A DNA stretch of 37,908 nt from a virus (lineage: Duplodnaviria; Caudoviricetes): positions 1-37,908 of IMG/VR virus record IMGVR_UViG_3300034161_000022. The stretch is one strand, 5' to 3'. Position 1 is the stretch's first letter. Every line of letters begins with the position of its first letter. The notes under the pieces were generated by a model. That model did no database searches. It saw only the letters and a program-made list of their open reading frames with translations, and was not told the origin of the DNA. This document shows positions 1-8,705 of this stretch, one piece after another. Both the position numbers and the translations under genes were made by a program.

Positions 1-570
1 GTCATCGGATCGGCAAGACCAAGATAATTTCGTTGAACAACCATACCGGCAAGACTCCAACAACTCCAGGGTGAAAGGCACTTTATGCAGATGTTTGAAG
101 TTGGCCACCTTGCCAAACAACAGCTGGGCCAGAGCCTCGCCATCGCGCAGCCAAGTACGGCACACCAGGCGTTCCATTTGTGCCCGGGTTAACTCGCCCG
201 ACGTTTCCGGCCGCAAGGACCACTCGGCCCACAGGTCTTTAATCTGCGCCGCGAACTTCAAGTGAATATTTCCCGCGTGATCCAGGGGCAACGGCTCTAC
301 CGCGATCCCGGCGCCACCCACTACCCGCTCTTCCAACCGGTCGAAAATACCCGTCACTAGGTCGTGGTCTTCGTCCAGCTTTCGAGCCTGGCCGCGCAAC
401 GATTCCGCGTCTCGCTGCAACGAGCTGTCAGCGCTTCGCGTTTGTCGCTTCGCCTTGTGTGTGCGCGTGACCTCGGCAGCCTCAAAGGCTTGGATCCCGC
501 TACGTGCCGCCAGGCGACGCAATCCCGCGCCCGGACTAACCGCCGCAATGCAGCGGTCGAGGAAGTTCAA
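1..570 (-). CDS. Phage portal protein, lambda family (5' part; runs off window edge)
   Basis: Not in ORF track. TTG at 570 overlaps the upstream stop; translation MNFLDRCIAAVSPGAGLRRLAARSGIQAFEAA...SLRGQARKLDEDHDLVTGIFDRLEERVVG...RTWLRDGE...VPFTLELLE is lambda-portal-like; follows terL and the head-completion gene. Confidence 0.9.
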   Translation of the reverse strand, partial: MNFLDRCIAAVSPGAGLRRLAARSGIQAFEAAEVTRTHKAKRQTRSADSSLQRDAESLRGQARKLDEDHDLVTGIFDRLEERVVGGAGIAVEPLPLDHAGNIHLKFAAQIKDLWAEWSLRPETSGELTRAQMERLVCRTWLRDGEALAQLLFGKVANFKHLHKVPFTLELLESCRYGCSTKLSWSCRSDD

Positions 571-779
571 CGAAATTCAGCCAGGGCATAACCCGGACTG
601 CCTTGCGCGGCGGCGCGCTGGGCGCTAACCCGGCGCTCCCATTCGCGTCGCCCTGCTTGGATTTGCGGCAGTTCAGCCATGGTGTGGGTGCGGCCATTAA
701 AAATGGTCGTTTTGCCCAGCAGAATGGCGGTCTCTGCCTCCAGATACTTGTCCAGCATCTCCTGCGCGTTTATAGCCAT
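567..779 (-). CDS. Head completion/head-tail joining protein (gpW-like)
   Basis: 70 aa between terL and portal; MLDKYLEAETAILLGK...NGRT...L..IQAGRREWERRV is typical of this position. Confidence 0.8.
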   Translation of the reverse strand: MAINAQEMLDKYLEAETAILLGKTTIFNGRTHTMAELPQIQAGRREWERRVSAQRAAAQGSPGYALAEFR

Positions 780-2806
780 CCGTTACTTTCCACGTTATGC
801 CAGTCGCCAGGGGCGTCGGCTTGAGTTGATGGGGGCTCAGGCCGCGCCGACTCAATCGGCGGCTCTGATTCTTCCGTTTCAGACACGGGCTCAACCGCGT
901 CGGGAACCTCCCACGTGCCTGACTCGGGCACGTACTGGGCTTCCATTGCGAGCAGATCCAGATCCAAACCGAACTTTTCCTGACTGATCCGCAACGCCGC
1001 CAACGCATAAACAAAACAGTCGAGCGCCTCGTTGCGCTTCTTACTGGCGTCCCAGCGCAGCACACGCCGTCCCTTCGCCAAGATCCATTTCTTGGTTTCA
1101 CTGGTCAGTTGCTTAAGTTCGTCGTCATCACAGATTGAATCGTCGGCCGGAAAATGAATCAGGCCGGGCACCGGACGATTGCCGTCCGGCTGCTGCTTGA
1201 GTCGGTTGTAAATGACCTCTTTGGCGTTGTCGGTACCGACTTCGGTTAGATAGGTCTTGGACTTCCTCTCTTTCTTGCGAGGGAAGCTGGCAATGGATTT
1301 GCCGTAGGTGCTAGCCCCGAAAATCGGAACAACCCAATGCAGGCCATGCTTGCGGCTCTGAGCCTTTACTGTCTCCGAATGGTGACCACCAGAGTCCCAG
1401 CACCAGCGCATCACGCCCATTTTCGTGCCGTCGGCGCGAGTAAACTGCCTGTTCAGTTCCAGCCCAACTTGGCGCAGCAGTTCGGCGCTAGCCGGATCGC
1501 CCATCAGCACTCGACGGTAGATCAACCAAGATTCCTCACCTGCACCAAAGCCCCATACCCGAAGCTCGTAGCGGTTATCCTGGGTGTCGATCCCGCCCAT
1601 CAGGGCGACGCAGCGAGCGGGCACCTGAGCCGCGTAGACCTCCCGCCGCTCCCGCAGCAGTTCCCAATCCACTTTCTCGGTTAGGTCTTCTTCCCAGGGC
1701 TCGCCAAGCGTGGTGTTTACAAAAGTCTTGAGCTTGCCCCGATCCTTACCAGCCTTCACACGCTCGTCGGCAATTTTCACCCACGTGGTGAAGGTCGAGT
1801 AAATGGTCCAGATATGAAAAGTCAGACGGCGCGGCGTGCGAATCGGCGCGTCATCCGCGCCGAACCACGCCATGCTGTCGCGTGTCCACACGCCAGTTTT
1901 CTCGCAGATATAGCGGCCGGTGCGTGACGCCTCGACCATCTGGTAATGCTCAAACGCGCAGCCGTTGCCGGACTCGCACAGGTACCAAGCCTTATCGACC
2001 TCGCCCAGGGCGTCCTTGGACCACTTGAGCCCAAACGCCTCATCCTTGCCACCCCACTTAAGGGTTTGCTCTGTATGGCAGTGCGGGCACCGGATGTGAA
2101 ACCGCAGCAGGTAGGCCGATTCCTCGGCCGCCCGCGTGATTTGGCAACTGCCCGCAAGTTTGGGGGTTGAGCCGCGAATCGACTTAGGAAAGGTCGCACC
2201 CTCCAGACGCTTATCCCCCAGGAAGGTAGGCGAGCCCTCGTTGTTAATGTCTGCATCGAAGCTCGACAGCTCGTCGTAGCCCACTTCGTCCGGGCTTTTC
2301 TCCCGGTAGTTGCCCGCTGCCTTACCGCCCAACCACCACAGCACCTTGCGGTTTTCGAAGGTCTTTTGATCTTCGGTGTTGTCCTTGTGCTTTTTCCCAA
2401 ACCAAGGCGCCATGGCCTTGATCACCGGCACGTCGCGAATCATCGGGTCGACGTGTTTTTTCATGATGCCCTTGGCGTCGTCGTCCGTTGGGCTCCACAT
2501 GCAGACGCTACGTTTTTTGTGCTTGAGCTTGTAGGCGATGTTCGCCATCAGCATCTTGGTGTAGCCCGTGCGCGCCGATTTCGGGATATTCAGCTCATGT
2601 ATCAGGTCGTTGCCCATGGCATTCAGTAGAGCCACCTGGAAAGACTCAGTGGTCCACTTGCCTTCTCCATAAGACGATTCAGACGACATATAAAAATATT
2701 TGTCGGCGAATTCCACCGCCGTCATGGGCGGATCGACTTCAAGGTTCTTTAACCCGCGCCGGACCGCCTCAACCAGACTCTTGATCCAAGGTGGCGAGGT
2801 ACTCAT
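770..2806 (-). CDS. terL: Terminase large subunit (lambda GpA family)
   Basis: KSARTGYTK Walker A variant, GYDE Walker B, GSTP, CPHC zinc motif, GIDTQ nuclease motif, RNEALDC; start set at the ATG of MSTSPPW. Confidence 0.97.
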   Translation of the reverse strand: MSTSPPWIKSLVEAVRRGLKNLEVDPPMTAVEFADKYFYMSSESSYGEGKWTTESFQVALLNAMGNDLIHELNIPKSARTGYTKMLMANIAYKLKHKKRSVCMWSPTDDDAKGIMKKHVDPMIRDVPVIKAMAPWFGKKHKDNTEDQKTFENRKVLWWLGGKAAGNYREKSPDEVGYDELSSFDADINNEGSPTFLGDKRLEGATFPKSIRGSTPKLAGSCQITRAAEESAYLLRFHIRCPHCHTEQTLKWGGKDEAFGLKWSKDALGEVDKAWYLCESGNGCAFEHYQMVEASRTGRYICEKTGVWTRDSMAWFGADDAPIRTPRRLTFHIWTIYSTFTTWVKIADERVKAGKDRGKLKTFVNTTLGEPWEEDLTEKVDWELLRERREVYAAQVPARCVALMGGIDTQDNRYELRVWGFGAGEESWLIYRRVLMGDPASAELLRQVGLELNRQFTRADGTKMGVMRWCWDSGGHHSETVKAQSRKHGLHWVVPIFGASTYGKSIASFPRKKERKSKTYLTEVGTDNAKEVIYNRLKQQPDGNRPVPGLIHFPADDSICDDDELKQLTSETKKWILAKGRRVLRWDASKKRNEALDCFVYALAALRISQEKFGLDLDLLAMEAQYVPESGTWEVPDAVEPVSETEESEPPIESARPEPPSTQADAPGDWHNVESNGWL

Positions 2807-3320
2807 CCAAAAGCTCCGGTATGCGATCAGCCAACCCGGCAGCCGCGTTACGCGTAACGGCAATTTCCGTTTCGACGGCCTCCAAGTGGCGCACGTCGAT
2901 ATCGGGGTGTTTGCGCTTCACGTTTTTGTGAACAGTGTTGAGGGTTGAGGCCAGTTGCGCGGACAGGCTGGCCAAGGCAAAAACCATGAATCCGACCGGC
3001 ACCAGCTCCTTATCCCCGATCTTGTTTTTTCGCGCCTGGGTGTCGGCCTGCTCGCGAGTCAATCTCAGCCGCTCGCAATCGATCTTGTAGCCAATGAACG
3101 GATCGACCTCTAACGCGCCAGGTTGCTGCTTTCCGGTTTGGTGTTGCAGGCGGTTATCCACTACCGACCGGACGTCATAAAACGACTCTCGCCCGATCTT
3201 CGCGACGGCCGGAACGTCCCATTTATCAAAGGCCTGCACCGAAATTCCGAGGCTGTCGGCCATGTTCTTCTTATTCAGCCAGCCCGGCTGTCGCGTGATC
3301 GTGGTGATCTTCGAAGACAT
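2769..3320 (-). CDS. terS: Terminase small subunit (Nu1-like)
   Basis: N-terminal wHTH LNKKNMADSLGISVQAFDKW, coiled coil ERLRLTREQAD; directly upstream of and overlapping terL. Confidence 0.92.
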   Translation of the reverse strand: MSSKITTITRQPGWLNKKNMADSLGISVQAFDKWDVPAVAKIGRESFYDVRSVVDNRLQHQTGKQQPGALEVDPFIGYKIDCERLRLTREQADTQARKNKIGDKELVPVGFMVFALASLSAQLASTLNTVHKNVKRKHPDIDVRHLEAVETEIAVTRNAAAGLADRIPELLDEYLATLDQESG

Positions 3321-3334
3321 AACAACAACCAACC

Positions 3335-3420
3335 TCTAGAAAAGGGTCATACGTAGCGAATGGGCGGGGCCCGAATTACCCCCATGAGGGGTGGGGGCCC
3401 GGGAGTACCTTCGGTTTTCC
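3335..3420 (-). other. Putative cos/packaging initiation region
   Basis: GC-rich non-coding segment just upstream of terS (minus AAGGTACTCCCGGGCCCCC...GGGTAATTCGGGCCCCG), the usual position of cos for lambda-like terminases; cut site not determined. Confidence 0.5.
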
Positions 3421-3514
3421 GCCCGGGCCGGCCTGTCAAGCGGAAAAGGCGATGAAAACGACGAAAAGGCCATGTTTTTCACCTTTTTCGGTGTTTTCTG
3501 ACGAATGAAGCCCA

Positions 3515-4252
3515 TCACCGCGCACTACCCAGGGCCTGGGCCCAGGCGGCGGCGAACTCTTCCTCTCGGTTGGCCTTCACGATGTTCTCGGCGATCTTGA
3601 AGAACGGGAATATGGCGCGGTATCGCGGGGCCGAGTCAGCGAAGATGAACACCGGCCGCACTGCATCACCCATGCCCATCGACTTGCGCTCCCACACACC
3701 TTGCGTACCGTCGACATCGCCAGAGAAGAAGCGATGGGCGTTTCCCTTGCGACGACTCCGGGCGCTGCCACTGGCATTGGCCTGATAGCCACGCGCTGAC
3801 TCCGCAGCACCCAGGCCCGACAGGATCTTCAGCATCGTGCCGCGTGACACGTTGCCGTACTGATTCATGAAAGCCGTGGTAGGCACAGCGTATTGGCCGC
3901 TGCGCATGATGCCGCGCGCAATAAGAGACTTCTCGAAACGCTTATGGGGCCGCACCCCACCGCTCACCGCCTGCTGCAGGTAAGTGTCGGCAGGCACTCC
4001 GGACGCCCATGAATCTTTGAAATAGACCTCGGCGGCGCGCTGCTTGGTGGCCATCTTCACGAACAAGCTATTCAGCGTGGTCGGGGTTGGCCGATCCAGG
4101 CGCTTCTGCATCACCGTAATAGTGCCTTTCTTGACCCGCTGGGCCAGCCGGGTCGCGGTCAGGGCCGCCACGAAAGGAAGGTGTTTTTTCTCCAGCTCCA
4201 GCATGCCCGCAGTGACCGGGGCAGAATCCAGCCCTAAATCGATCTTGAACAT
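3515..4252 (-). CDS. Conserved phage morphogenesis protein (neck/tail completion, gpZ-like)
   Basis: 245 aa basic protein, LPFVAALTATRLA...DRPTPTTLNS...NQYGNV, encoded just upstream of cos/terS. Confidence 0.6.
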   Translation of the reverse strand: MFKIDLGLDSAPVTAGMLELEKKHLPFVAALTATRLAQRVKKGTITVMQKRLDRPTPTTLNSLFVKMATKQRAAEVYFKDSWASGVPADTYLQQAVSGGVRPHKRFEKSLIARGIMRSGQYAVPTTAFMNQYGNVSRGTMLKILSGLGAAESARGYQANASGSARSRRKGNAHRFFSGDVDGTQGVWERKSMGMGDAVRPVFIFADSAPRYRAIFPFFKIAENIVKANREEEFAAAWAQALGSAR

Positions 4253-4280
4253 ACGGACACCTTCAGGGTGATTGAGACGG

Positions 4281-4607
4281 CTAGCCTACGAACCCGAACA
4301 GCTCGCAAGCCCGCATAGCGACCAGGGCAGCCAGAGAGGCAACCGTAATCCAGAGAATCGGCGGCGGTATACCATCGGTCGACTGAATGACCGTGGCGCA
4401 CGCTTCACCCTGCACAAACGGCAGGTGGCTAAGCGTCTCGGCCGAATCCAGAGTGACCGCGATAGGCTCGACAAAGCAGCCCACTTCCTCACTCGCAGAG
4501 TTGTAGAAAAACGCTGCACCCTGATCGCTAACCTGCCGCACAGCCTTCAGCCGATGAACGTTACCGGCGCGGTCAATGACGCGATAAAAAACTTCAGAAC
4601 TGCTCAT
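4281..4607 (-). CDS. Hypothetical protein with C-terminal hydrophobic segment
   Basis: 108 aa, ATGA-coupled to the upstream ORF, in the late operon. Confidence 0.6.
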   Translation of the reverse strand: MSSSEVFYRVIDRAGNVHRLKAVRQVSDQGAAFFYNSASEEVGCFVEPIAVTLDSAETLSHLPFVQGEACATVIQSTDGIPPPILWITVASLAALVAMRACELFGFVG

Positions 4608-4735
4608 TTGAACCCCTCGTTATGCGTAACGGCCGGGGCCTGACAGGCTTCCGACTCTCGACAATCCACATGACCCGTGAAGGCGTAAGCCATCAGGACC
4701 ACCAACAACGTCACCAGCGGGCGAGGAATCTTCAT
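4604..4735 (-). CDS. Small membrane/secreted protein (43 aa) coupled to holin
   Basis: MKIPRPLVTLLVVLMAYAFTGHVDCRESEACQAPAVTHNEGFK; ATGA overlaps at both ends (holin stop, next start). Confidence 0.65.
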   Translation of the reverse strand: MKIPRPLVTLLVVLMAYAFTGHVDCRESEACQAPAVTHNEGFK

Positions 4736-5058
4736 CCCAAGTCCGCCTTTTTCTCAGCCCAGCGCTTGCCTAACTGGCGCACCTGCTCAACGCCGAGGAT
4801 CCCGACGAATCCCGCGACGGCGTAAGAGAGCCCGCCGCCCATGCCGAATTTCTCAGCACCGACACCGACTAGGAACACCAGCACACCGCCCAGCGACGCC
4901 TCAATAAGGCGTCGATCCCAGCGCGGTTCTTTGTCGTCGTAGAGGATCCGCAGATAGCTCAGACCGAAAGCCAGTAGGCCGGCAAAACCGTGATCCTTGA
5001 GAGCTGCAATAACAATGACCCAGAAAGTAGGGTCTTTTTCTGGGGGCATGTTTGGCAT
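4732..5058 (-). CDS. Holin, lambda family
   Basis: MPNMPPEKDPTFW..., three hydrophobic segments, GFVGILGVEQVR, basic C-terminus; GGAGA RBS; possible dual start Met1/Met4 (5058/5049). Confidence 0.88.
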   Translation of the reverse strand: MPNMPPEKDPTFWVIVIAALKDHGFAGLLAFGLSYLRILYDDKEPRWDRRLIEASLGGVLVFLVGVGAEKFGMGGGLSYAVAGFVGILGVEQVRQLGKRWAEKKADLG

Positions 5059-5087
5059 CTCGGTTTCTCCCGAATGACGGGGAATAG

Positions 5088-5124
5088 GCATAAAAAAACC
5101 CCCGACCTGTGAGGGCCGGAGGCT
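5088..5124 (-). terminator. Intrinsic terminator in late leader (tR'-like)
   Basis: Minus GCCTCCGGCCCTCACAGGTCGGGGG-TTTTTTT between the late promoter and the holin. Confidence 0.7.
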
Positions 5125-5178
5125 AAAGGGAGTCGCTGATGGGGCCGAGGCGTCCGCAAAAACACCACGATGGAGCAA

Positions 5179-5207
5179 AGATTAGGGGAAAAGCTCAGCG
5201 CTGTAAA
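5179..5207 (-). promoter_or_regulatory. Late promoter (pR'-like)
   Basis: TTTACA-17 nt-TAATCT pointing to holin/terminase and followed by a terminator, the Q-dependent arrangement. Confidence 0.65.
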
Positions 5208-5256
5208 CACGTTATCTGTAAAAAACATTAATCATGTCAAACCTAAAGGCTGTCAA
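5204..5256. promoter_or_regulatory. Tandem ACA-N7-TGT operator-like sites
   Basis: TAAACACGTTATCTGTAAA (5204-5222), AAAACATTAATCATGTCAA (5222-5240) and a degenerate third copy; the same motif occurs at cI/cro. Confidence 0.55.
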
Positions 5257-5278
5257 CCCTGCAATTTTTGACAGGCCG

Positions 5279-5713
5279 TCACAGCTCCAGGGCGATCTCT
5301 GATCGCGCCAGAAGACACCGAAACTCACCAGCCCAAGTGCCCCCGCAACCCCGAGGCAACTGCTTCTGGCAGTTCTTACAGGTGCGCCCCTCCAGCTTCC
5401 CGCGCTGCTTTACCAGCAACCGGTTGTCGTTTCGCAAGAGCGTCAAAAGGTACTCGGTTGCGGTATACGGAATCCCCTTAGAGCCCCGCAGCGCGCGGCC
5501 TTCAGCCAACATTTCCTGTTCTGCTGGCCCCATTTTCAGCTCAAACACCTCAACACCGGCCGCTTTTTCGCGTTCGCGCTGCTCCCGCTTGCGCAGGGCC
5601 TCGGGACTCAGCTCGTTTTCATCATCGCTGTGACCCGTCACAGGCCAGTCAACCGGAATTTCCACACGGCCATGATTCATGCCGTCGCCGCCGAACTTCG
5701 CTTGCTCGGTCAT
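5279..5713 (-). CDS. Hypothetical protein, basic helix plus C-terminal Cys cluster (possible DNA binding)
   Basis: 144 aa; ALRKREQREREK...GVEVFELKM; CKNC...GC...C; AGAGGA RBS. Confidence 0.7.
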   Translation of the reverse strand: MTEQAKFGGDGMNHGRVEIPVDWPVTGHSDDENELSPEALRKREQREREKAAGVEVFELKMGPAEQEMLAEGRALRGSKGIPYTATEYLLTLLRNDNRLLVKQRGKLEGRTCKNCQKQLPRGCGGTWAGEFRCLLARSEIALEL

Positions 5714-5753
5714 ATTTAAAATCCTCTTATATGTTTAATTTTGGTTTGGGGCT

Positions 5754-7022
5754 CTAAGCCAGCCAGCCCGCAGGGTCTACGGCAGTGGGCTTAACGGCGC
5801 GTCTTGCTCCTGTCTTGTCCTGCAATGCGTCAAAACCCTGCGCGTTGAGCCATTCGTGCCAGCGCTCCAGGGCGTCGCGCTTAATGTCCTCGCCTCGGTC
5901 TTGAAAGTAAGTCGCCTCCAAGTCGGTCAGGGAGTGGTTGAGCAACAGCTTGACCACCAGGCTATCCACGCGGAACTTGGCCCAGCAGGTACGCGCCAGT
6001 TTGCGCAGGTCGTGACTGGTCCACTCTCCGGCGCCGTAACGGGTGAAGACGGAAAACGCCTGGCTACGTGACATAGGTCGGCCGGAATGAGTGGTAGACG
6101 GGAACAGATAGGCCCCGTCATACCCCCGCGCCTTTTGGTTTTCTCGGTACCGGTCAAGGAAGGCCGCAGCGGCAGGTGTCAGCGGCAACAGGTGGTCGCG
6201 CTTCGACTTGGTATCAGCCCCAGGAATAAACCACTCCCCTTCCTGCAGGTGGACGTTCTTCCACTTGGCCAGGCGGGTTTCAGTGATGCGGGTGCCGTGG
6301 GCCAGCATGAGCACCATCAACACAATGCCGGCCGGGTCGACGGGGAACGCTTCAGCCCAGTCGGCCAGCAGATCCACGACGGAAACATGCCGAAGACGCG
6401 CACCCTTGGGCCGGATCTTGACCTTGGTGAAGTTGCCGAAGGTCACGCCGGCAAGCGGGTTGACGGTGATTTTCTTGAGGGTCAAGGCGCGCCCAAAAAT
6501 CACCTTCAGCACGTCCAGGGCCGATTTAACGTAGCCCAGGCTGTACTCTTCCTGCATGTGCCAGACTAAATGCCGGTCGAGGGTGTCACGGTTGAGCTTG
6601 CACAGCGGTAGCGTGTCCAGGGCTGGCAACAACTGGCGATTGATCACCGACATCGAGGACGAGCGCCGATCCTTGGATAGCCCTCTATCGGCCTTCAGGC
6701 GCTCGACGTACCAGCGCAGCACCTGGCCAACCGAGTCCCAGCCATCCACGGTGGCCACTGCTTCGGGGTCAGTCATAAGGCGAGCCATCACAGCGGGCAC
6801 GCTGTCGAGCATTAGGCGCGCCGGCACCTCGGGCCAGTTGGCCGCCTTTCTCCACTTTCCGCCCTTGTCGAAGCGGATCAGATGCCAGCTACCTTTGGTG
6901 CGGTCGTTACGGTAACGAAAGCGCAGTGGGTGCCTCGGGTCTTTCAGCTCGCTAATGGTCAGATCATCCGCATACCGCCTAATAGCAGCGTCGGAGATTT
7001 GGACTTGAAGGGTTTGCGCCAT
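5754..7022 (-). CDS. int: Tyrosine recombinase/integrase
   Basis: Catalytic set present: GTRITE (R), TKSK (K), HDLRK (H-x-x-R), LNHS (H), ATYF (Y); N-terminal arm-binding-like domain. Confidence 0.93.
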   Translation of the reverse strand: MAQTLQVQISDAAIRRYADDLTISELKDPRHPLRFRYRNDRTKGSWHLIRFDKGGKWRKAANWPEVPARLMLDSVPAVMARLMTDPEAVATVDGWDSVGQVLRWYVERLKADRGLSKDRRSSSMSVINRQLLPALDTLPLCKLNRDTLDRHLVWHMQEEYSLGYVKSALDVLKVIFGRALTLKKITVNPLAGVTFGNFTKVKIRPKGARLRHVSVVDLLADWAEAFPVDPAGIVLMVLMLAHGTRITETRLAKWKNVHLQEGEWFIPGADTKSKRDHLLPLTPAAAAFLDRYRENQKARGYDGAYLFPSTTHSGRPMSRSQAFSVFTRYGAGEWTSHDLRKLARTCWAKFRVDSLVVKLLLNHSLTDLEATYFQDRGEDIKRDALERWHEWLNAQGFDALQDKTGARRAVKPTAVDPAGWLA

Positions 7023-7140
7023 GTACGGGCCTCACTGGCGCCCACGGCTTGGCCGGCGGGCGGCGTTGTCTTTCTTCAGGCAAAGCGATGCCCTGGCGCA
7101 CCTGGCGCCGGGGTCGCAAATTGGCTATTTCGCTATTTAG

Positions 7141-7584
7141 CTAAACGGGGCGGGCGCCAGAAAGGTCTACCACTTGGCCCCATGGTTGAAAATCGCGACA
7201 TTCGGAGACGCTCGTGGAGGTGTCCGCGCGAGCCAGACGGATCGGCGCTCCGCAGGGGCATCGGATTTCATCACCCATGATCGACACGCAAAAGCCCGAA
7301 CCATGGCAGTCGATGCACAACGCGCCTGCCTTCCACCATGTCGCAGCCAGGCGAGTCAGCGGCTTAGCAAACATCAGGCAATGCGCGCCTGGGGCTCCCC
7401 AGCCACCCGCAAAAAGGAAACCAGCCAAATCTCCACCCTCGCGCATTCTCGCCCGTTGCAGCGGGCCGAGCGTCGCCGGCAGCGCACCCAGTGCGGCCTC
7501 AACATGAATAGCGAAACCTAATGCAGCACCAACGGCGTAAGGGCTTGATTCTGTGAATCCGGCAAACAACGGGTGAATATTCAT
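7141..7584 (-). CDS. Hypothetical protein with Cys motifs
   Basis: 147 aa, CIDCHGSG...CPCG; ATGA-coupled to Q. Confidence 0.55.
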   Translation of the reverse strand: MNIHPLFAGFTESSPYAVGAALGFAIHVEAALGALPATLGPLQRARMREGGDLAGFLFAGGWGAPGAHCLMFAKPLTRLAATWWKAGALCIDCHGSGFCVSIMGDEIRCPCGAPIRLARADTSTSVSECRDFQPWGQVVDLSGARPV

Positions 7585-8000
7585 TGGGGCCCCAACTGGT
7601 TTTCGATGGTAGCGCGAGCCTCGGACAGCCGGCGCTTATAGGTGGCAAAACTGATTCCTAGCGCGTCAGCTTTTTCAAACTGTCCAATGCTTTGGGGGTC
7701 GTAATTCTTGATGCCTCGGCGATGAACAACAAACCACCATCCGGCGTCATACTCCAAGCGCAGCACGTCAGCGCGTAATGGCTCAGTCACAGCCATGGCG
7801 ACCACCAGGGACTCAATAGCAGCCTCTAGGCTGTCGGCTGGCTCACTGGAGCCGCCAGAGCCGCCAAAGAATATTTCCCCCTTGTTGTCGATCAGCTTTG
7901 CCAGCATTGTTCGCCCAGCGCCGATATCGCCGCCATCTGCACACCACCGGGCCCATAGCTCATAGCCAGCGGCCATCTGCTTACGTCCACGCCTTGCCAT
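7581..8000 (-). CDS. Q: Antitermination protein Q-like
   Basis: YELWARW...LRLEY...ADALGISFATYKRRLSEA C-terminal HTH; lies in the early operon upstream of the late promoter and terminator. Confidence 0.72.
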   Translation of the reverse strand: MARRGRKQMAAGYELWARWCADGGDIGAGRTMLAKLIDNKGEIFFGGSGGSSEPADSLEAAIESLVVAMAVTEPLRADVLRLEYDAGWWFVVHRRGIKNYDPQSIGQFEKADALGISFATYKRRLSEARATIENQLGPQ

Positions 8001-8008
8001 TACACCCC

Positions 8009-8227
8009 CTAGCCACCGGCTTTAGGCGTCAGCTTGTGGCCTTTCTTGGTATCGCGGCGGCAGGCCGGGAACTTCAAACCACTGAGACAGACCGTCGCCC
8101 CAAAAACCGACTCAGAGCGCTCGCACAGCGAACAGCCACCCTCGCGAATCTGTCGGGCCTCGATAATCTTGGACGGGTCGCCGTAGGCATAGGCCGGGAG
8201 AGCCCGGCTAAGCTCACGCACGGGCAC
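8009..8227 (-). CDS. Small Cys-rich hypothetical protein
   Basis: 72 aa, CSLC...C...C; overlaps the upstream gene in the operon. Confidence 0.6.
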   Translation of the reverse strand: MPVRELSRALPAYAYGDPSKIIEARQIREGGCSLCERSESVFGATVCLSGLKFPACRRDTKKGHKLTPKAGG

Positions 8228-8705
8228 GCCGCTGGACGGTAGAGCGCGCCGCCAAACCCAAGACCATCAGGTATTCCGACAACGCCTCAAGAGGCGACAG
8301 AACATGAGCGAATCCGTTCTCACCAGTAGTGACCATGCGATCAGGACGCCGGATAGGAACCAAGGCCGAAGGCTTAGCGCCGTAGACGTGCCACACCTCG
8401 CCACCACTCTCGCGAACCAAATCAGCTTCTTCAGGCGTCAGGCAATGCACGACCACCAGGCCACCAGCGACCGCCGGCCGCGACTCCAGGCCGGTGATAG
8501 CTTCCGCCAGGCGAGCGCCGCGAGACGCGCCGTCCAGCGGGGGCTGCTTCTTGATCGAGGCATCACGCCGCACCGGCGGGTTCATCGCAAAGCCGGCCAA
8601 TCGAGCCTTGCCGGCCATCACCAGACGGTCGGTTATGAGTTCGCGGTCGGCTATATCACCGCCTGATAAAGCAATCAAAAACAAAGCATTCCCCTTGCTG
8701 CCCAC
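8214..8705 (-). CDS. Nucleoside-monophosphate-kinase-like protein (degenerate P-loop)
   Basis: LIALSGG...; LVVVHCLTPEEADLVRESGGEVWHV resembles the phage dNMP kinase motif (vvi.DvRf.nE...i...GG). Confidence 0.5.
   Translation of the reverse strand: MGSKGNALFLIALSGGDIADRELITDRLVMAGKARLAGFAMNPPVRRDASIKKQPPLDGASRGARLAEAITGLESRPAVAGGLVVVHCLTPEEADLVRESGGEVWHVYGAKPSALVPIRRPDRMVTTGENGFAHVLSPLEALSEYLMVLGLAARSTVQRRARA

Noticed and set aside
5754-7022. Tyrosine recombinase as a protelomerase (linear phage-plasmid)
   Set aside because: It has an ordinary integrase architecture, and I found no long telRL-type palindrome
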